64,000 nt of DNA from Escherichia phage E20. The stretch's first letter is position 1. The number at the start of each line of letters is the position of its first letter. Positions 46,586 through 55,775 of this stretch are shown piece after piece. The notes below the pieces were generated by a model, which saw nothing but the letters and a program-made list of their open reading frames with translations, made no database searches and had not been told where the DNA came from. Position numbers and translations under genes: made by a program. The DNA lies in the sequence record OP745616. The stretch is one strand, 5' to 3'.

Positions 46586-47788
46586 TTACAGAGGAGCAAC
46601 AGTCTTAATCAGAGCCAGACGTTCTGGACGTTTAACCAGGATACCGTAGTACCACTTGATGGAACTGAAGCCAGTCTCACCATACGGATCATTACGGTCA
46701 GCAGTTTCTCGACCAGGCATCTTAGTCATGATGGAGAACTTAACAGACTTACCATCAGTCTGGAAGCCAATGGTAGAGAAGGAGTCATCACCAACTACCA
46801 GCATCGGGAATACGTCGTAGTGTTCTTGACCACTAACCATAGAAGAACGATAACCTGGGTTAGTAGTAACCTGAGCACCAGCACCTGCCCAATGCAGCAT
46901 TTCTGGAACCTGGATAATACGGAACTTGTCGATACAACCAATCTCACCATTCATCAGAGTACCAGCATCAGCATAGTGCTGAACCTCGATGAATGCTTTG
47001 TTACCGAACAGGTCTTTCATCGCTTTCAGTTCTGGAACCAGTTCAGAACCAACGTACATTACACGAGTACCACCAAGTACTTTGGTATCAGTAAGTTTAG
47101 AACCAGTGATGATAGTAGTCTGGGTCGGAGTACGGTTCTCAGTAAGAATCTGGTCAAGACGCATCAGGTTCTTATAAGAAACTACAGACGGGGTAGAACC
47201 TTCGCCAGTGATGGTAGCATCAGAGGTAGCAGCACCTGCATACAGTACAGTACCAGCAGCAGCCAACAGGTCTTTCTGGAGAACAGCTTCAGTCAACTGT
47301 ACAGCACCGTTCATCAGTTCACGAGACAGGTGTTCTTTCAGCTGGTCATCAGAATCAAAGTCCAGGGACTCTTGAGTAAATTCGTAGAAGAAACCGAACT
47401 TATGAATGGAACCTTCACGAGACAGACGGGTAAAGCCTACACGGTTAACACGACCACCGTTCTCTGACAGCAGAGGCAGTTTAGAGGTGATGTTACCAAC
47501 GTCTTTAGAAGAACCGTACAGGTTACCATTAACGATGGTAGCACCGTTGGCATCAATACCCTGGTCGTTAATGTTCTTATCGTCAAGCAGTGGAACGTAC
47601 TCATACACCTTAACAGTCTTACCGTAGTGCTTCGGCATGTTAATGGTGTTAGCCAGTGGCATGAAGTACTGGTCTTTACGAGACTGAATAATAGCTTTCT
47701 TCAGCCAGTAATAGGTATTCATCTGGTCGGAACCAGCACCATCAATGCTAGATTTCTGGCCGTCAATTGGGGCGTTATAGTTTAACAT
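46586..47788 (-). CDS. major capsid protein candidate (N4 gp56-like)
   Basis: 400-aa ORF (N4 MCP is ~401 aa as I recall); position between scaffold-like and virion genes; followed by strong hairpin. Confidence 0.6.
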   Translation of the reverse strand: MLNYNAPIDGQKSSIDGAGSDQMNTYYWLKKAIIQSRKDQYFMPLANTINMPKHYGKTVKVYEYVPLLDDKNINDQGIDANGATIVNGNLYGSSKDVGNITSKLPLLSENGGRVNRVGFTRLSREGSIHKFGFFYEFTQESLDFDSDDQLKEHLSRELMNGAVQLTEAVLQKDLLAAAGTVLYAGAATSDATITGEGSTPSVVSYKNLMRLDQILTENRTPTQTTIITGSKLTDTKVLGGTRVMYVGSELVPELKAMKDLFGNKAFIEVQHYADAGTLMNGEIGCIDKFRIIQVPEMLHWAGAGAQVTTNPGYRSSMVSGQEHYDVFPMLVVGDDSFSTIGFQTDGKSVKFSIMTKMPGRETADRNDPYGETGFSSIKWYYGILVKRPERLALIKTVAPL

Positions 47789-47804
47789 ATCATCTTATTC
47801 CTGT

Positions 47805-49025
47805 TTAAAGACTACCCGGTACTGGGAGTTTAGCGAAATCTTCATCACTCATAGCGAGTGGGTTTACAATAGGTGTTGCTTTACGTGTAGCAGCCCGATT
47901 AAGGGAAGCTGCTTTAGCTTGCTCACTGTTAGCCAGAGTCTGCTTAGGTTGTGCTACACGCACTACCGGCTGAACTACTGGTTTAACTGCTTGTACCGGT
48001 TCTGGCTTAGCTACTCGGTTAAATGCCCCTTGTTGTGCAAGGAGGTTACCGACGTGGTTATAAGCCTGAATGAACGGAGTACCTACCGGAATCTGACCTA
48101 ACATCTGAAGACGGTTCACTTCATTTGCAATGGTGTCATAAATACCATTCTCACGTTGTTCGTGAATAGTCTGGAGTAGGCCACGATTCTGGTAAAGAGC
48201 ATCTTTACTGGCAGCATCCCATGTCGAGCCGATAACACCTAATGTAGCTTGTCCTTCTTGAGTAGACTTTAAGTCGTCAATTTCGGTTGCAAAATCTGCT
48301 TCGGTGTCGGTAACACGGTGATTGCCACCCTGGTAGTTAATTTCCTCATCTGGGTTAAAGTCCAGAGGATCTGTACCAGAGTCTTTGAGCAACTTCTTAA
48401 TGGCTTCAGGATTCTTTTTATCCAGGTCAATAAGGAAAGAAAGTTTATCCTCATCCATTAAACCGTTGTTCTGTAACATCAGCATTACCTTACGGTAAGG
48501 CTTTAGTTCTTGCATCTTACGAGTATAGTTAGCACCCATCTGCATCAGGCTAATGGCCTCCTCCGGTGAACGGGGAGTAATCACTTTGCCGTTAGCTTTA
48601 AAAGGAGCCATCAACTTCTCGTAACTTTCCTTATAGTTGAAGTCAGCAGGCAGACCTTCAGACTGTTTGCCTTCTTCTTCCTGTTCCTGGCCTGGTTCAG
48701 TAGTAGAAGGTTCAGCTTTAGTAATCGGCTCGCCGTTACTATCAACTTCTGTGTCAACAACTTTATCATCAACTTTATCAGAAGTTAAAGGATTTGCTGA
48801 ATCTTCTTCATCAGGTTCAATTTCAGGGGAGGTTTCTTCGGTTGGTGGGTTTTCAACAGCAGGGGTGTCAACTTCTTCTTCAGGAGTCTGTACGCCGTTG
48901 GTTTCTGGGTTGTTCTGAGTGGAAGTATCTTCCTCAGCGATAATTGCTGGGGCTTCCATATTCAGAATCTCATCATCCGACATTGCGAGAATGTCGGAAG
49001 CTGTGGCTGCAGCTTCCGTAGTCAT
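47805..49025 (-). CDS. scaffolding-like protein candidate
   Basis: 406 aa; acidic low-complexity N-terminal third (EEDTSTQNNPETNGVQTPEEEVDTPAVENPPTEETSPEIEPDEED); located between portal and capsid genes. Confidence 0.35.
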   Translation of the reverse strand: MTTEAAATASDILAMSDDEILNMEAPAIIAEEDTSTQNNPETNGVQTPEEEVDTPAVENPPTEETSPEIEPDEEDSANPLTSDKVDDKVVDTEVDSNGEPITKAEPSTTEPGQEQEEEGKQSEGLPADFNYKESYEKLMAPFKANGKVITPRSPEEAISLMQMGANYTRKMQELKPYRKVMLMLQNNGLMDEDKLSFLIDLDKKNPEAIKKLLKDSGTDPLDFNPDEEINYQGGNHRVTDTEADFATEIDDLKSTQEGQATLGVIGSTWDAASKDALYQNRGLLQTIHEQRENGIYDTIANEVNRLQMLGQIPVGTPFIQAYNHVGNLLAQQGAFNRVAKPEPVQAVKPVVQPVVRVAQPKQTLANSEQAKAASLNRAATRKATPIVNPLAMSDEDFAKLPVPGSL

Positions 49026-49044
49026 AGGAAATATCTCCGGTTAA

Positions 49045-49389
49045 TTATTCGTCTTCAGGTTCAGCACGAACTGCGTCGAGTTCTTCTTCTACCTGTAGAA
49101 TAACGTCAGCTTCATTTTCGCCCATGCGAATGGCGAGGTCGAGCCAACGACGTAAGTGACCAGCAGCTTGAGCCATGTTCAATGCATCTGCACGGTTATT
49201 AGCTTCAAGCAGTGGGTCACCAGACTCTTGCACGTAACGTGCACAATCTTCCGTACAGAACTGGCGAAGAATTACTTTACGGAACAGTGGATTCTCCAGA
49301 AGTTTACGTACATCTTCTGCATGTGCAACTGCACCTTTAGCAGCTTCCAGGCGATGTTCCAGTCCAGCGATTGTTGTTTCTTTACTCAT
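49045..49389 (-). CDS. hypothetical protein
   Basis: 114-aa ORF between portal and scaffold-like genes. Confidence 0.4.
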   Translation of the reverse strand: MSKETTIAGLEHRLEAAKGAVAHAEDVRKLLENPLFRKVILRQFCTEDCARYVQESGDPLLEANNRADALNMAQAAGHLRRWLDLAIRMGENEADVILQVEEELDAVRAEPEDE

Positions 49390-49402
49390 GTGAAGGTCTG
49401 CC

Positions 49403-51673
49403 TTACAGGTTCATGCCAAGAGCCGATGCTGGGTCTTGGCTAGGGTCATAGTATTGGGAACTAAGTGAATAAGCCGGGTCTTGCTGAGCAGCTAAATCAC
49501 GTTCTGGTATAGAGTTCCCGTCAGTCAAAGTATTATATCCAACAGCAGCAGATATGTTGGGGGTAGTTTCCCCTTCTTTAATAGGTGTTGTCAATGCCTT
49601 AGTTATTTGAAGGTTCTGGTTTCCTTGGGATTGTGCTTTTTGTTTTTCCATATCACGAGCATGTTTAGTACCAGATTCCTGTTCCAGATAATCCAGATCT
49701 TTAAGGTCACCAGCAGAAGCAGCCTCTTTAGCCTTAGCCATATTGAGTGCAATCTTACTTTGTAACTCTTCATTCTCAAGCTGTGCTTTCTGAATTGCCA
49801 ATTGCTTAAGCTGTTCTTCCATAGGGTCTGGTTGTGGTTGCCAAGTACGTAACTCATGGGCCAGGTCAGGCATACGTTTAAGTTCTGCAATTTTAGCTAC
49901 AAGAGATAATGTAATAGTCTGGTCAACCGTATTACCCAATGTTTGAACCATGAAGCTCAAGTCCTGGGATTTATGGTTATCAATTTCAGCAGTGTTAATA
50001 TCAACCTCAATGTCGAAGTTACCTTTAAGGTCTTCACGGTTAATCTCTACATACTGCTCGTTAGTAATACGTACTACTTCCTTCTCAGATAAGAACACAG
50101 CATTCATTGCACAAATCTTAGTACCAATATCTGCCATACCCTTAGCTAATCGACGAAGGATTGCCATCTCACGTTTGGATGCTGCATCAAGTGCTCCACG
50201 AATACCAGCAGCCACATCTCCATAAGCTGAACCAGTTACACCACCAGAGAATGCTTTAACACCAGTTAGGGATTCAGCTTCCTGGTTTTGCATCTGGGTC
50301 ATTATTATTGCCGACTGAGGTAACTCAGGGAACTTATGTTCCATAATGGCCTGACTAGGATTGCCCTGCATCGGGTTGTATTCATAGTCTTGCCCATCGT
50401 CATATCGACGGCGGTTTAGTGTATCCAGCATCCCTTTAGGATAACCACGTTGACCATTTGCACTTCGACCTAACAGGTCAATCATCCCACGCATAGTTGC
50501 ACCAAGAATTGCTTGGTTATCTCCTAACAGTTCAGCATCAGCTTCACCGAATAGCTCTCGTTTACGTGGCATGTAAGGAACAACTACCAAAGGTAACTTA
50601 CCATCCGGGAAAGGGTTCTTCTCCATACGAATAAGAGTAGAGCCAATCCAGGTAGCAACAATTGGTTCCAGAGAACCATCATCATTGATGTCGTAAAATC
50701 CCCAGTACTCATAAGCAACGACTTTCTTACGTAGTGCATCCTTAAACTGGAAGTCGCTTGGAGTTTTACTCTCATGGTCTGGATCAGTCATAGGACTGGA
50801 GCTTTCCCAATCAATCTTATCTAAATTGTGGTAACGATCTTTGTTCTTCATGAGGTCTGCTTTACATGTCTCAAACGAGATAACTGCATACAGAGCCTTA
50901 TCCAAATCACCATTACAACTAGGGTCAATAACTACGTTATTAGGGTTAAGCATTTCAACGGTGGGTCTGTTAACCAGTGCCTTCTCTACTTCTACTTCAG
51001 TAACCCCAGTCTGGATTGCATAGGTAGCTTCCCCAGTTTCATTGAAGTAGTTAACAGCTTCTTTAATATCTTCAGGCATTGTTTCATCGTACTCACGAGG
51101 ATTCTCTGCCTGAAGCTGTAAAGCCTGTTGAAGAACATCTGCCTGTTCCTGGTTCTCAATTGGATACAACTGAAATACTGGAGTTTCAGTTTTAATCTTA
51201 ACAGTCTTACGTTCCCAACCAATACGAGCAATACCAGTACCGTCATCTACGACACTGTGTACGTAATCATCTATCAGTTTCACTTTATTAAGCTGGGTAC
51301 GGAATTGGTAGTTAAGAACTAATTCATTCTGACGTGCAGCTAATTCATCTTCAAAAGTAACCGGAGTTACTTTAAAGAGTTTATTAGATGAGAGGAATGG
51401 TTCAGACAATGGAGCATATCGCCACTCTGCCTGACGGCGAACCAGTCTAGGCTGGACTTGCGAACGTCCCTTAACCTTTGGGGGTTTAGCCTTACCCTTG
51501 ACTTCCATCAGGTCATTCCACTCACGAATCTGTGCCATAATCGCATCGTGAGCAGGTTTAGCTGATTCCAAATCACCCTTCAGCAATTGGATACTTGGTT
51601 CCTTCTTCCAGTCCGTTATCTTCTCTGATTGAGCCGGGTCTGGTAAAGGCTTAAAAGTGTCTTGGTGTTCCAT
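49403..51673 (-). CDS. portal protein candidate (N4 gp59-like)
   Basis: 756-aa ORF (N4 portal ~763 aa as I recall) upstream of scaffold-like and capsid genes. Confidence 0.55.
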   Translation of the reverse strand: MEHQDTFKPLPDPAQSEKITDWKKEPSIQLLKGDLESAKPAHDAIMAQIREWNDLMEVKGKAKPPKVKGRSQVQPRLVRRQAEWRYAPLSEPFLSSNKLFKVTPVTFEDELAARQNELVLNYQFRTQLNKVKLIDDYVHSVVDDGTGIARIGWERKTVKIKTETPVFQLYPIENQEQADVLQQALQLQAENPREYDETMPEDIKEAVNYFNETGEATYAIQTGVTEVEVEKALVNRPTVEMLNPNNVVIDPSCNGDLDKALYAVISFETCKADLMKNKDRYHNLDKIDWESSSPMTDPDHESKTPSDFQFKDALRKKVVAYEYWGFYDINDDGSLEPIVATWIGSTLIRMEKNPFPDGKLPLVVVPYMPRKRELFGEADAELLGDNQAILGATMRGMIDLLGRSANGQRGYPKGMLDTLNRRRYDDGQDYEYNPMQGNPSQAIMEHKFPELPQSAIIMTQMQNQEAESLTGVKAFSGGVTGSAYGDVAAGIRGALDAASKREMAILRRLAKGMADIGTKICAMNAVFLSEKEVVRITNEQYVEINREDLKGNFDIEVDINTAEIDNHKSQDLSFMVQTLGNTVDQTITLSLVAKIAELKRMPDLAHELRTWQPQPDPMEEQLKQLAIQKAQLENEELQSKIALNMAKAKEAASAGDLKDLDYLEQESGTKHARDMEKQKAQSQGNQNLQITKALTTPIKEGETTPNISAAVGYNTLTDGNSIPERDLAAQQDPAYSLSSQYYDPSQDPASALGMNL

Positions 51674-51681
51674 AGTTATTC

Positions 51682-52182
51682 CTATTCAAAAAGTTTACGG
51701 TCAGCCTGAATTTGTTTACCCAACTCAATTAGTTGGTTGTCACGGAGTCTAACAGTTGCCCGGAGTTCTTCAACCAAACGTCTGCCTTCTTCAAGACTGT
51801 TGTCGAGTCTGGCTGCATGGCTTGCAAGACTTCTGCACTCAAGGGTTCCGGCTTCGGCTTGACGTTTATATACCGATGCTCGTCTTTCAGACTGTTGCAT
51901 CCGGCTGTCGTAATCACTGCTAACGCGAGCAAGCTCGCTTGCGTAATTACTCTCAGCCGTCTGCAACCGGGAAGTGAGTAACCCGACTTCATAACTATGG
52001 TTTCTTTGGAGAGCATTGTATTTGTCCTGTAGTTTTTGTATTGCCTTCAGGTCTTCAACCTTTTGGACATCCCACTTCTTTTGAACAGTAGACTGCCCAT
52101 TGGAATTGCCCCAAAAGTAAATGGTGGCCCCGAGGACCACCACCAGAAGATAAGGCCAACCTTTAGAGATTAGCATCTTCAT
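51682..52182 (-). CDS. Rz-like i-spanin
   Basis: N-terminal TM ([16 protein letters not shown]) then coiled-coil periplasmic domain; start assigned to internal Met (MKMLISKG), uncertain; overlaps end of muramidase gene. Confidence 0.45.
   Translation of the reverse strand: MKMLISKGWPYLLVVVLGATIYFWGNSNGQSTVQKKWDVQKVEDLKAIQKLQDKYNALQRNHSYEVGLLTSRLQTAESNYASELARVSSDYDSRMQQSERRASVYKRQAEAGTLECRSLASHAARLDNSLEEGRRLVEELRATVRLRDNQLIELGKQIQADRKLFE
51729..51992 (-). CDS. Rz1-like o-spanin embedded in Rz gene (different frame)
   Basis: [32 protein letters not shown] lipoprotein-like signal with lipobox-like TAGC, then short Pro-rich mature peptide (KPKPEP). Confidence 0.4.
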   Translation of the reverse strand: MKSGYSLPGCRRLRVITQASLLALAVITTAGCNSLKDEHRYINVKPKPEPLSAEVLQAMQPDSTTVLKKADVWLKNSGQLLDSVTTN

Positions 52183-52798
52183 TACATGCCTCCAGTGGTA
52201 CATTACCAATTCGGTTAGCTACCCAACCATACGTAAAGTCTGGCATGTTCAATGAGGTGTAGTGGTTCAGCTGTTTAGCATCAAGTAACTTAATCACTAC
52301 CTGACATGCTGCAACTTTGCCTCGTTTTTTCTGTAATGCTTTATATGCATTAACAGTACCTGCACCGACTTTACCATCAACTTGTATTTTAGGGTAGTCT
52401 TTGCCATCACGGGACATTTCATTAAGAGATTGCTGCAACCACTTAGCTGGTCTGGTTACACCGGTATTAACACCAGCATCAACCAGTTTATGTGTTACAG
52501 CAGGAGATATATCAGCGAAGGCTACGAAGTTAGGCTTAAGTACGTAGTCATCAATGTATATCTCAGCAGCCATCTCTTTCGATAAACCCTTCATGGAACC
52601 ATTCCAACCATACTCCGTAGCCAGAACTTCTTTATGAGACTTAGCTACTGATTGGGTAATACCATGATTAGTTTCCCCACCTGGGTCACGGGGATTGTTT
52701 ACGTACCCTCCTTCCATATAAAACACTGCCCCCAGAATAGCAGCGACAACTCCTCCCACTGCACCACCTTTTGCAGCAAGTTTCTGTTTAGCTTTCAT
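52163..52798 (-). CDS. GH108-family N-acetylmuramidase endolysin with SAR-like N-terminus
   Basis: hallmark EGGYVNNPRDPGGETNHGIT motif; N-terminal Gly/Ala-rich weakly hydrophobic segment KGGAVGGVVAAILGAVFY. Confidence 0.7.
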   Translation of the reverse strand: MKAKQKLAAKGGAVGGVVAAILGAVFYMEGGYVNNPRDPGGETNHGITQSVAKSHKEVLATEYGWNGSMKGLSKEMAAEIYIDDYVLKPNFVAFADISPAVTHKLVDAGVNTGVTRPAKWLQQSLNEMSRDGKDYPKIQVDGKVGAGTVNAYKALQKKRGKVAACQVVIKLLDAKQLNHYTSLNMPDFTYGWVANRIGNVPLEACNEDANL

Positions 52799-53114
52799 GA
52801 GAATCTTCCTTTGGATGGAATCGTATTAGTCTGCCTACAATGTTTAGGGCAAACAAAGCGATTGTAATGCTGGAACCATGGGGAATATCTTCAAGGATGT
52901 GACGAGGTAGTCCTGTTAGCATTGGTTGGATAATATCTACAGCAGAAAACAGAATTAACCCAAACGTACTAATCTGAACAGATGCCCACTTCCAGGACTT
53001 CTTCCAGTTAGGTACTAGCCCTATCTTTCTTTTTAGCCTGCAAACCATGCGAATATCTCCCGTCTTGCAGCAGCCAATACACCAATAATTGCACCTGCTC
53101 CAGCCCACACCCAC
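52788..53114 (-). CDS. holin-like membrane protein candidate
   Basis: two predicted TM segments (VQISTFGLILFSAVDIIQPML, SITIALFALNIVGRLI); adjacent to endolysin; true start may be internal Met. Confidence 0.35.
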   Translation of the reverse strand: MGVGWSRCNYWCIGCCKTGDIRMVCRLKRKIGLVPNWKKSWKWASVQISTFGLILFSAVDIIQPMLTGLPRHILEDIPHGSSITIALFALNIVGRLIRFHPKEDSHES

Positions 53115-53365
53115 TTACCAAAAATTCCAGCACCAGCAACTTTATGTTTAATGGTGATGAACTCTTCGATAGTAGGTTCAGACTTAGTGATGCTCTCCTC
53201 TACCCGTTTAAGTCGGGTACTAAGATCGCCCATAGACTCACTTAGTTTTTTAATAGACTCTTCCATTTTCTCCCTTTCCCTCGCTTCTCGGGTTTGGTTT
53301 TCGAAAATGTTTCTCAATCTCTCTTCGAGTCTGGCTAGAGTTACGTTATCTGGTTCATTTCCCAT
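53033..53365 (-). CDS. membrane protein with N-terminal coiled coil and C-terminal TM
   Basis: 110 aa; charged coiled-coil N-terminus, C-terminal GIFGKWVWAGAGAIIGVLAAA TM. Confidence 0.35.
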   Translation of the reverse strand: MGNEPDNVTLARLEERLRNIFENQTREAREREKMEESIKKLSESMGDLSTRLKRVEESITKSEPTIEEFITIKHKVAGAGIFGKWVWAGAGAIIGVLAAARREIFAWFAG

Positions 53366-53435
53366 AGGGACTTTCTCAGGTTAGTTAAGTCGTGATTGAC
53401 TGAAACAGTCTACATAAAGGATTGTTTGGGATACA

Positions 53436-53470
53436 ACAAAAAAGCCCCCAGACGGGGGCTTTGTTTTATT
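53436..53470 (-). terminator. rho-independent terminator (minus strand; bidirectional-looking)
   Basis: stem agccccc/gggggct with loop agac, A-run before and T-run after on plus; reads as stem + ttttttg on minus. Confidence 0.55.
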
Positions 53471-55725
53471 TAGGTGTTATCAGCAACTACCTCAAGTACT
53501 CCGTTATTAGAACGAAGGCGTTTGTAAGTACTATCCCCCACATCTCGGAGTATAATCCCTTTGGTAGCATACATAGTACCGAAACGTCCATCCTTAGAAC
53601 CAATATCCTGCAAGGAATCTGTTACTGCTGTCATAACCCCTGCAACACGATTAACTTTACGGGCATACCAGACATTTTTGCCAACATCTTTATCCATAGC
53701 AACATCGAAGTTAAAGTTTGCAGTATTGGTAGATAAACCATTCATTGCTGCACTAGAAGTATCAACAGTAATCTTGAGAGTACCTCCAGTAAGTCCATCA
53801 GCAGAAACGTACAACTCTGCATTCTTAAAGTTACGAATGCCACCTAGACCATTGGCAAAGGTAACTTTAGATGCATCACCATAAACAATTAACCGATTCT
53901 CTTTGAATCGTTCTGCGTAAAGACCGAAAGGAGTAGCGTCCTGATCTTCAATATTAATTGTTGCATGGTTAGTGTTAATGGTGGGTGGGATACCAAATGT
54001 AATAGTATTCCCTTTAAACTCTTTAACTTTGAAATTCAAACGATACTCATCAGCATAATCATTTGCATATCTGTTCTGAAGTTCACAATCAATAAAGCTA
54101 TAACACTCAAAACCCATAGCAGCAGGCCAGCCAGTATCAATAATACTGCCTATGATGGTTGTGCCTACAAACTTAATATTACGGGCATTACCAGCATTGG
54201 ATACAGCACCCTCAGAGTGCATACTATGTAGCACGCCACCCACAACCAGAATATCGTTAACAGTCCCCGGTACGGATACAGTCTGGAATGCACACTTACC
54301 GGTGTTAACAATTTTAGGGTTAATAACACGAATGTTGTAAGGGTTTCCCCCTTCAGCTTCAATATCAATACCTGCTTCCGGTCCGGTATAATGAGTACCA
54401 ATCCCACCAGCTTTATTGCCTGAGCGGGTAATTACTGGATTAATGATATCAATGTTAGCTCCACCAGTCAGGGAGTAGCAGTTGCGCCCACAGGAATCCC
54501 AGTAACAGTCTTCAATAACAGTGCGTGGAACAATATCCAAGAAACTGAAGCTACCGGTAGATTGATGATATAAGCCATCTACAGGCGAATTAAGGTATTT
54601 ATGTCGGTAAACACGAGCACCTGCTGACTGGTTAATCCACATGTTATAACAAGGAATCTGATAACCAGTGTTACCAAACTTACCCCCCCATACAGCAGAG
54701 GCTAAGTTACCATCACTGGTCCCACCATTAATTACGACGTTAGGTGCTTTGTACAGTTTAATAAGAAAACCTTGGTAAGCCATATAGCTATAATCAGGGG
54801 TTTCAGCTACAACATCCGGTGCAATAGAACCAGTAACAGGATCAAAAGCCCCTAAACGCATACCGTCATTAATCTTAAGTGTCCAGTTACTCATCTCCAG
54901 TTCGATATTAGCATCCGTCATATGAATGGAGAACCAGCCTTTAGCAGAAGCATCTGTCCAGGCACGCTGCTCATAGGAAGGTTTATAAGAACCACCCTGA
55001 CCAGTAGAACCAGTGAGATACTGGGAACCTACTAAACTAGTGCCAGCAGGGAATATCACCTTAACCGGTTCAGTTACCTGTGTGCTTAAGTATTGACCCA
55101 ATTCCCAAAGAGCGTCTGCGTTATCAGCAGAGTCAACAGTTACACCAAAATCCGTAGCATAGATTACACGTCTACCCATTAAATCCATGTTAGCAGCTAC
55201 GTTGGTATTAATTGCATTAGGCATACGAACATAGGGAACTTCTTCAGACTTAACTAATGGGCTTAACTTACTCCAGGCATCATTAGCTACACCACCTGAG
55301 TTTTCTGGTGTAGAGGATGCCGGGACAACTTTAGGGAATGCACCATTCCAAATATAATACTCACCATTATGAATCAGTCTTTGGTTTTTAACGGTAAGGG
55401 TAGCCCCAGTAGTAAATGAACCGGGAGAGTTAATATACTCCTTACGTTCTACAGCCAGAGCACCTAAGTCAACATTACCAGCAGAGTGAACTAATACCCC
55501 AGCAGGACTAAGACTTACAGCAGTAACACCTGAACCAATATCAGCAGGTAAGGAGTAAGCACGCTGTGACGCTTTGTCATAGATGACTTTATAACCGCTT
55601 AGTACAGCACCAGTAGAGAAGTAAACAACCTCAGATTGCTTAACCCCAAAGTGACGGGCTACTGCTTGTTTGTTGGTTAAGATTCCAGTTGAACCCTTAC
55701 CACCTTGTGAAAACATTTCGTTCAT
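53470..55725 (-). CDS. tailspike/tail fibre protein (beta-helix-type) candidate
   Basis: 751 aa; Gly/Asn/Thr-rich repetitive beta-strand composition typical of phage receptor-binding proteins; position before terminase module. Confidence 0.45.
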   Translation of the reverse strand: MNEMFSQGGKGSTGILTNKQAVARHFGVKQSEVVYFSTGAVLSGYKVIYDKASQRAYSLPADIGSGVTAVSLSPAGVLVHSAGNVDLGALAVERKEYINSPGSFTTGATLTVKNQRLIHNGEYYIWNGAFPKVVPASSTPENSGGVANDAWSKLSPLVKSEEVPYVRMPNAINTNVAANMDLMGRRVIYATDFGVTVDSADNADALWELGQYLSTQVTEPVKVIFPAGTSLVGSQYLTGSTGQGGSYKPSYEQRAWTDASAKGWFSIHMTDANIELEMSNWTLKINDGMRLGAFDPVTGSIAPDVVAETPDYSYMAYQGFLIKLYKAPNVVINGGTSDGNLASAVWGGKFGNTGYQIPCYNMWINQSAGARVYRHKYLNSPVDGLYHQSTGSFSFLDIVPRTVIEDCYWDSCGRNCYSLTGGANIDIINPVITRSGNKAGGIGTHYTGPEAGIDIEAEGGNPYNIRVINPKIVNTGKCAFQTVSVPGTVNDILVVGGVLHSMHSEGAVSNAGNARNIKFVGTTIIGSIIDTGWPAAMGFECYSFIDCELQNRYANDYADEYRLNFKVKEFKGNTITFGIPPTINTNHATINIEDQDATPFGLYAERFKENRLIVYGDASKVTFANGLGGIRNFKNAELYVSADGLTGGTLKITVDTSSAAMNGLSTNTANFNFDVAMDKDVGKNVWYARKVNRVAGVMTAVTDSLQDIGSKDGRFGTMYATKGIILRDVGDSTYKRLRSNNGVLEVVADNT

Positions 55726-55744
55726 ATAAACCTCATTGTTTTTC

Positions 55745-55775
55745 TATAAAAGCCCCCTCGGGGGCTTTCTTTAAA
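55745..55775 (-). terminator. rho-independent terminator (minus strand)
   Basis: stem agccccc/gggggct flanked by a/t runs. Confidence 0.5.

Noticed and set aside
46367-47467. 366-aa plus-strand ORF antisense to the major capsid gene
   Set aside because: Entirely overlaps the far more plausible minus-strand capsid ORF; Ser/Thr/Leu-rich composition typical of antisense reading frames.
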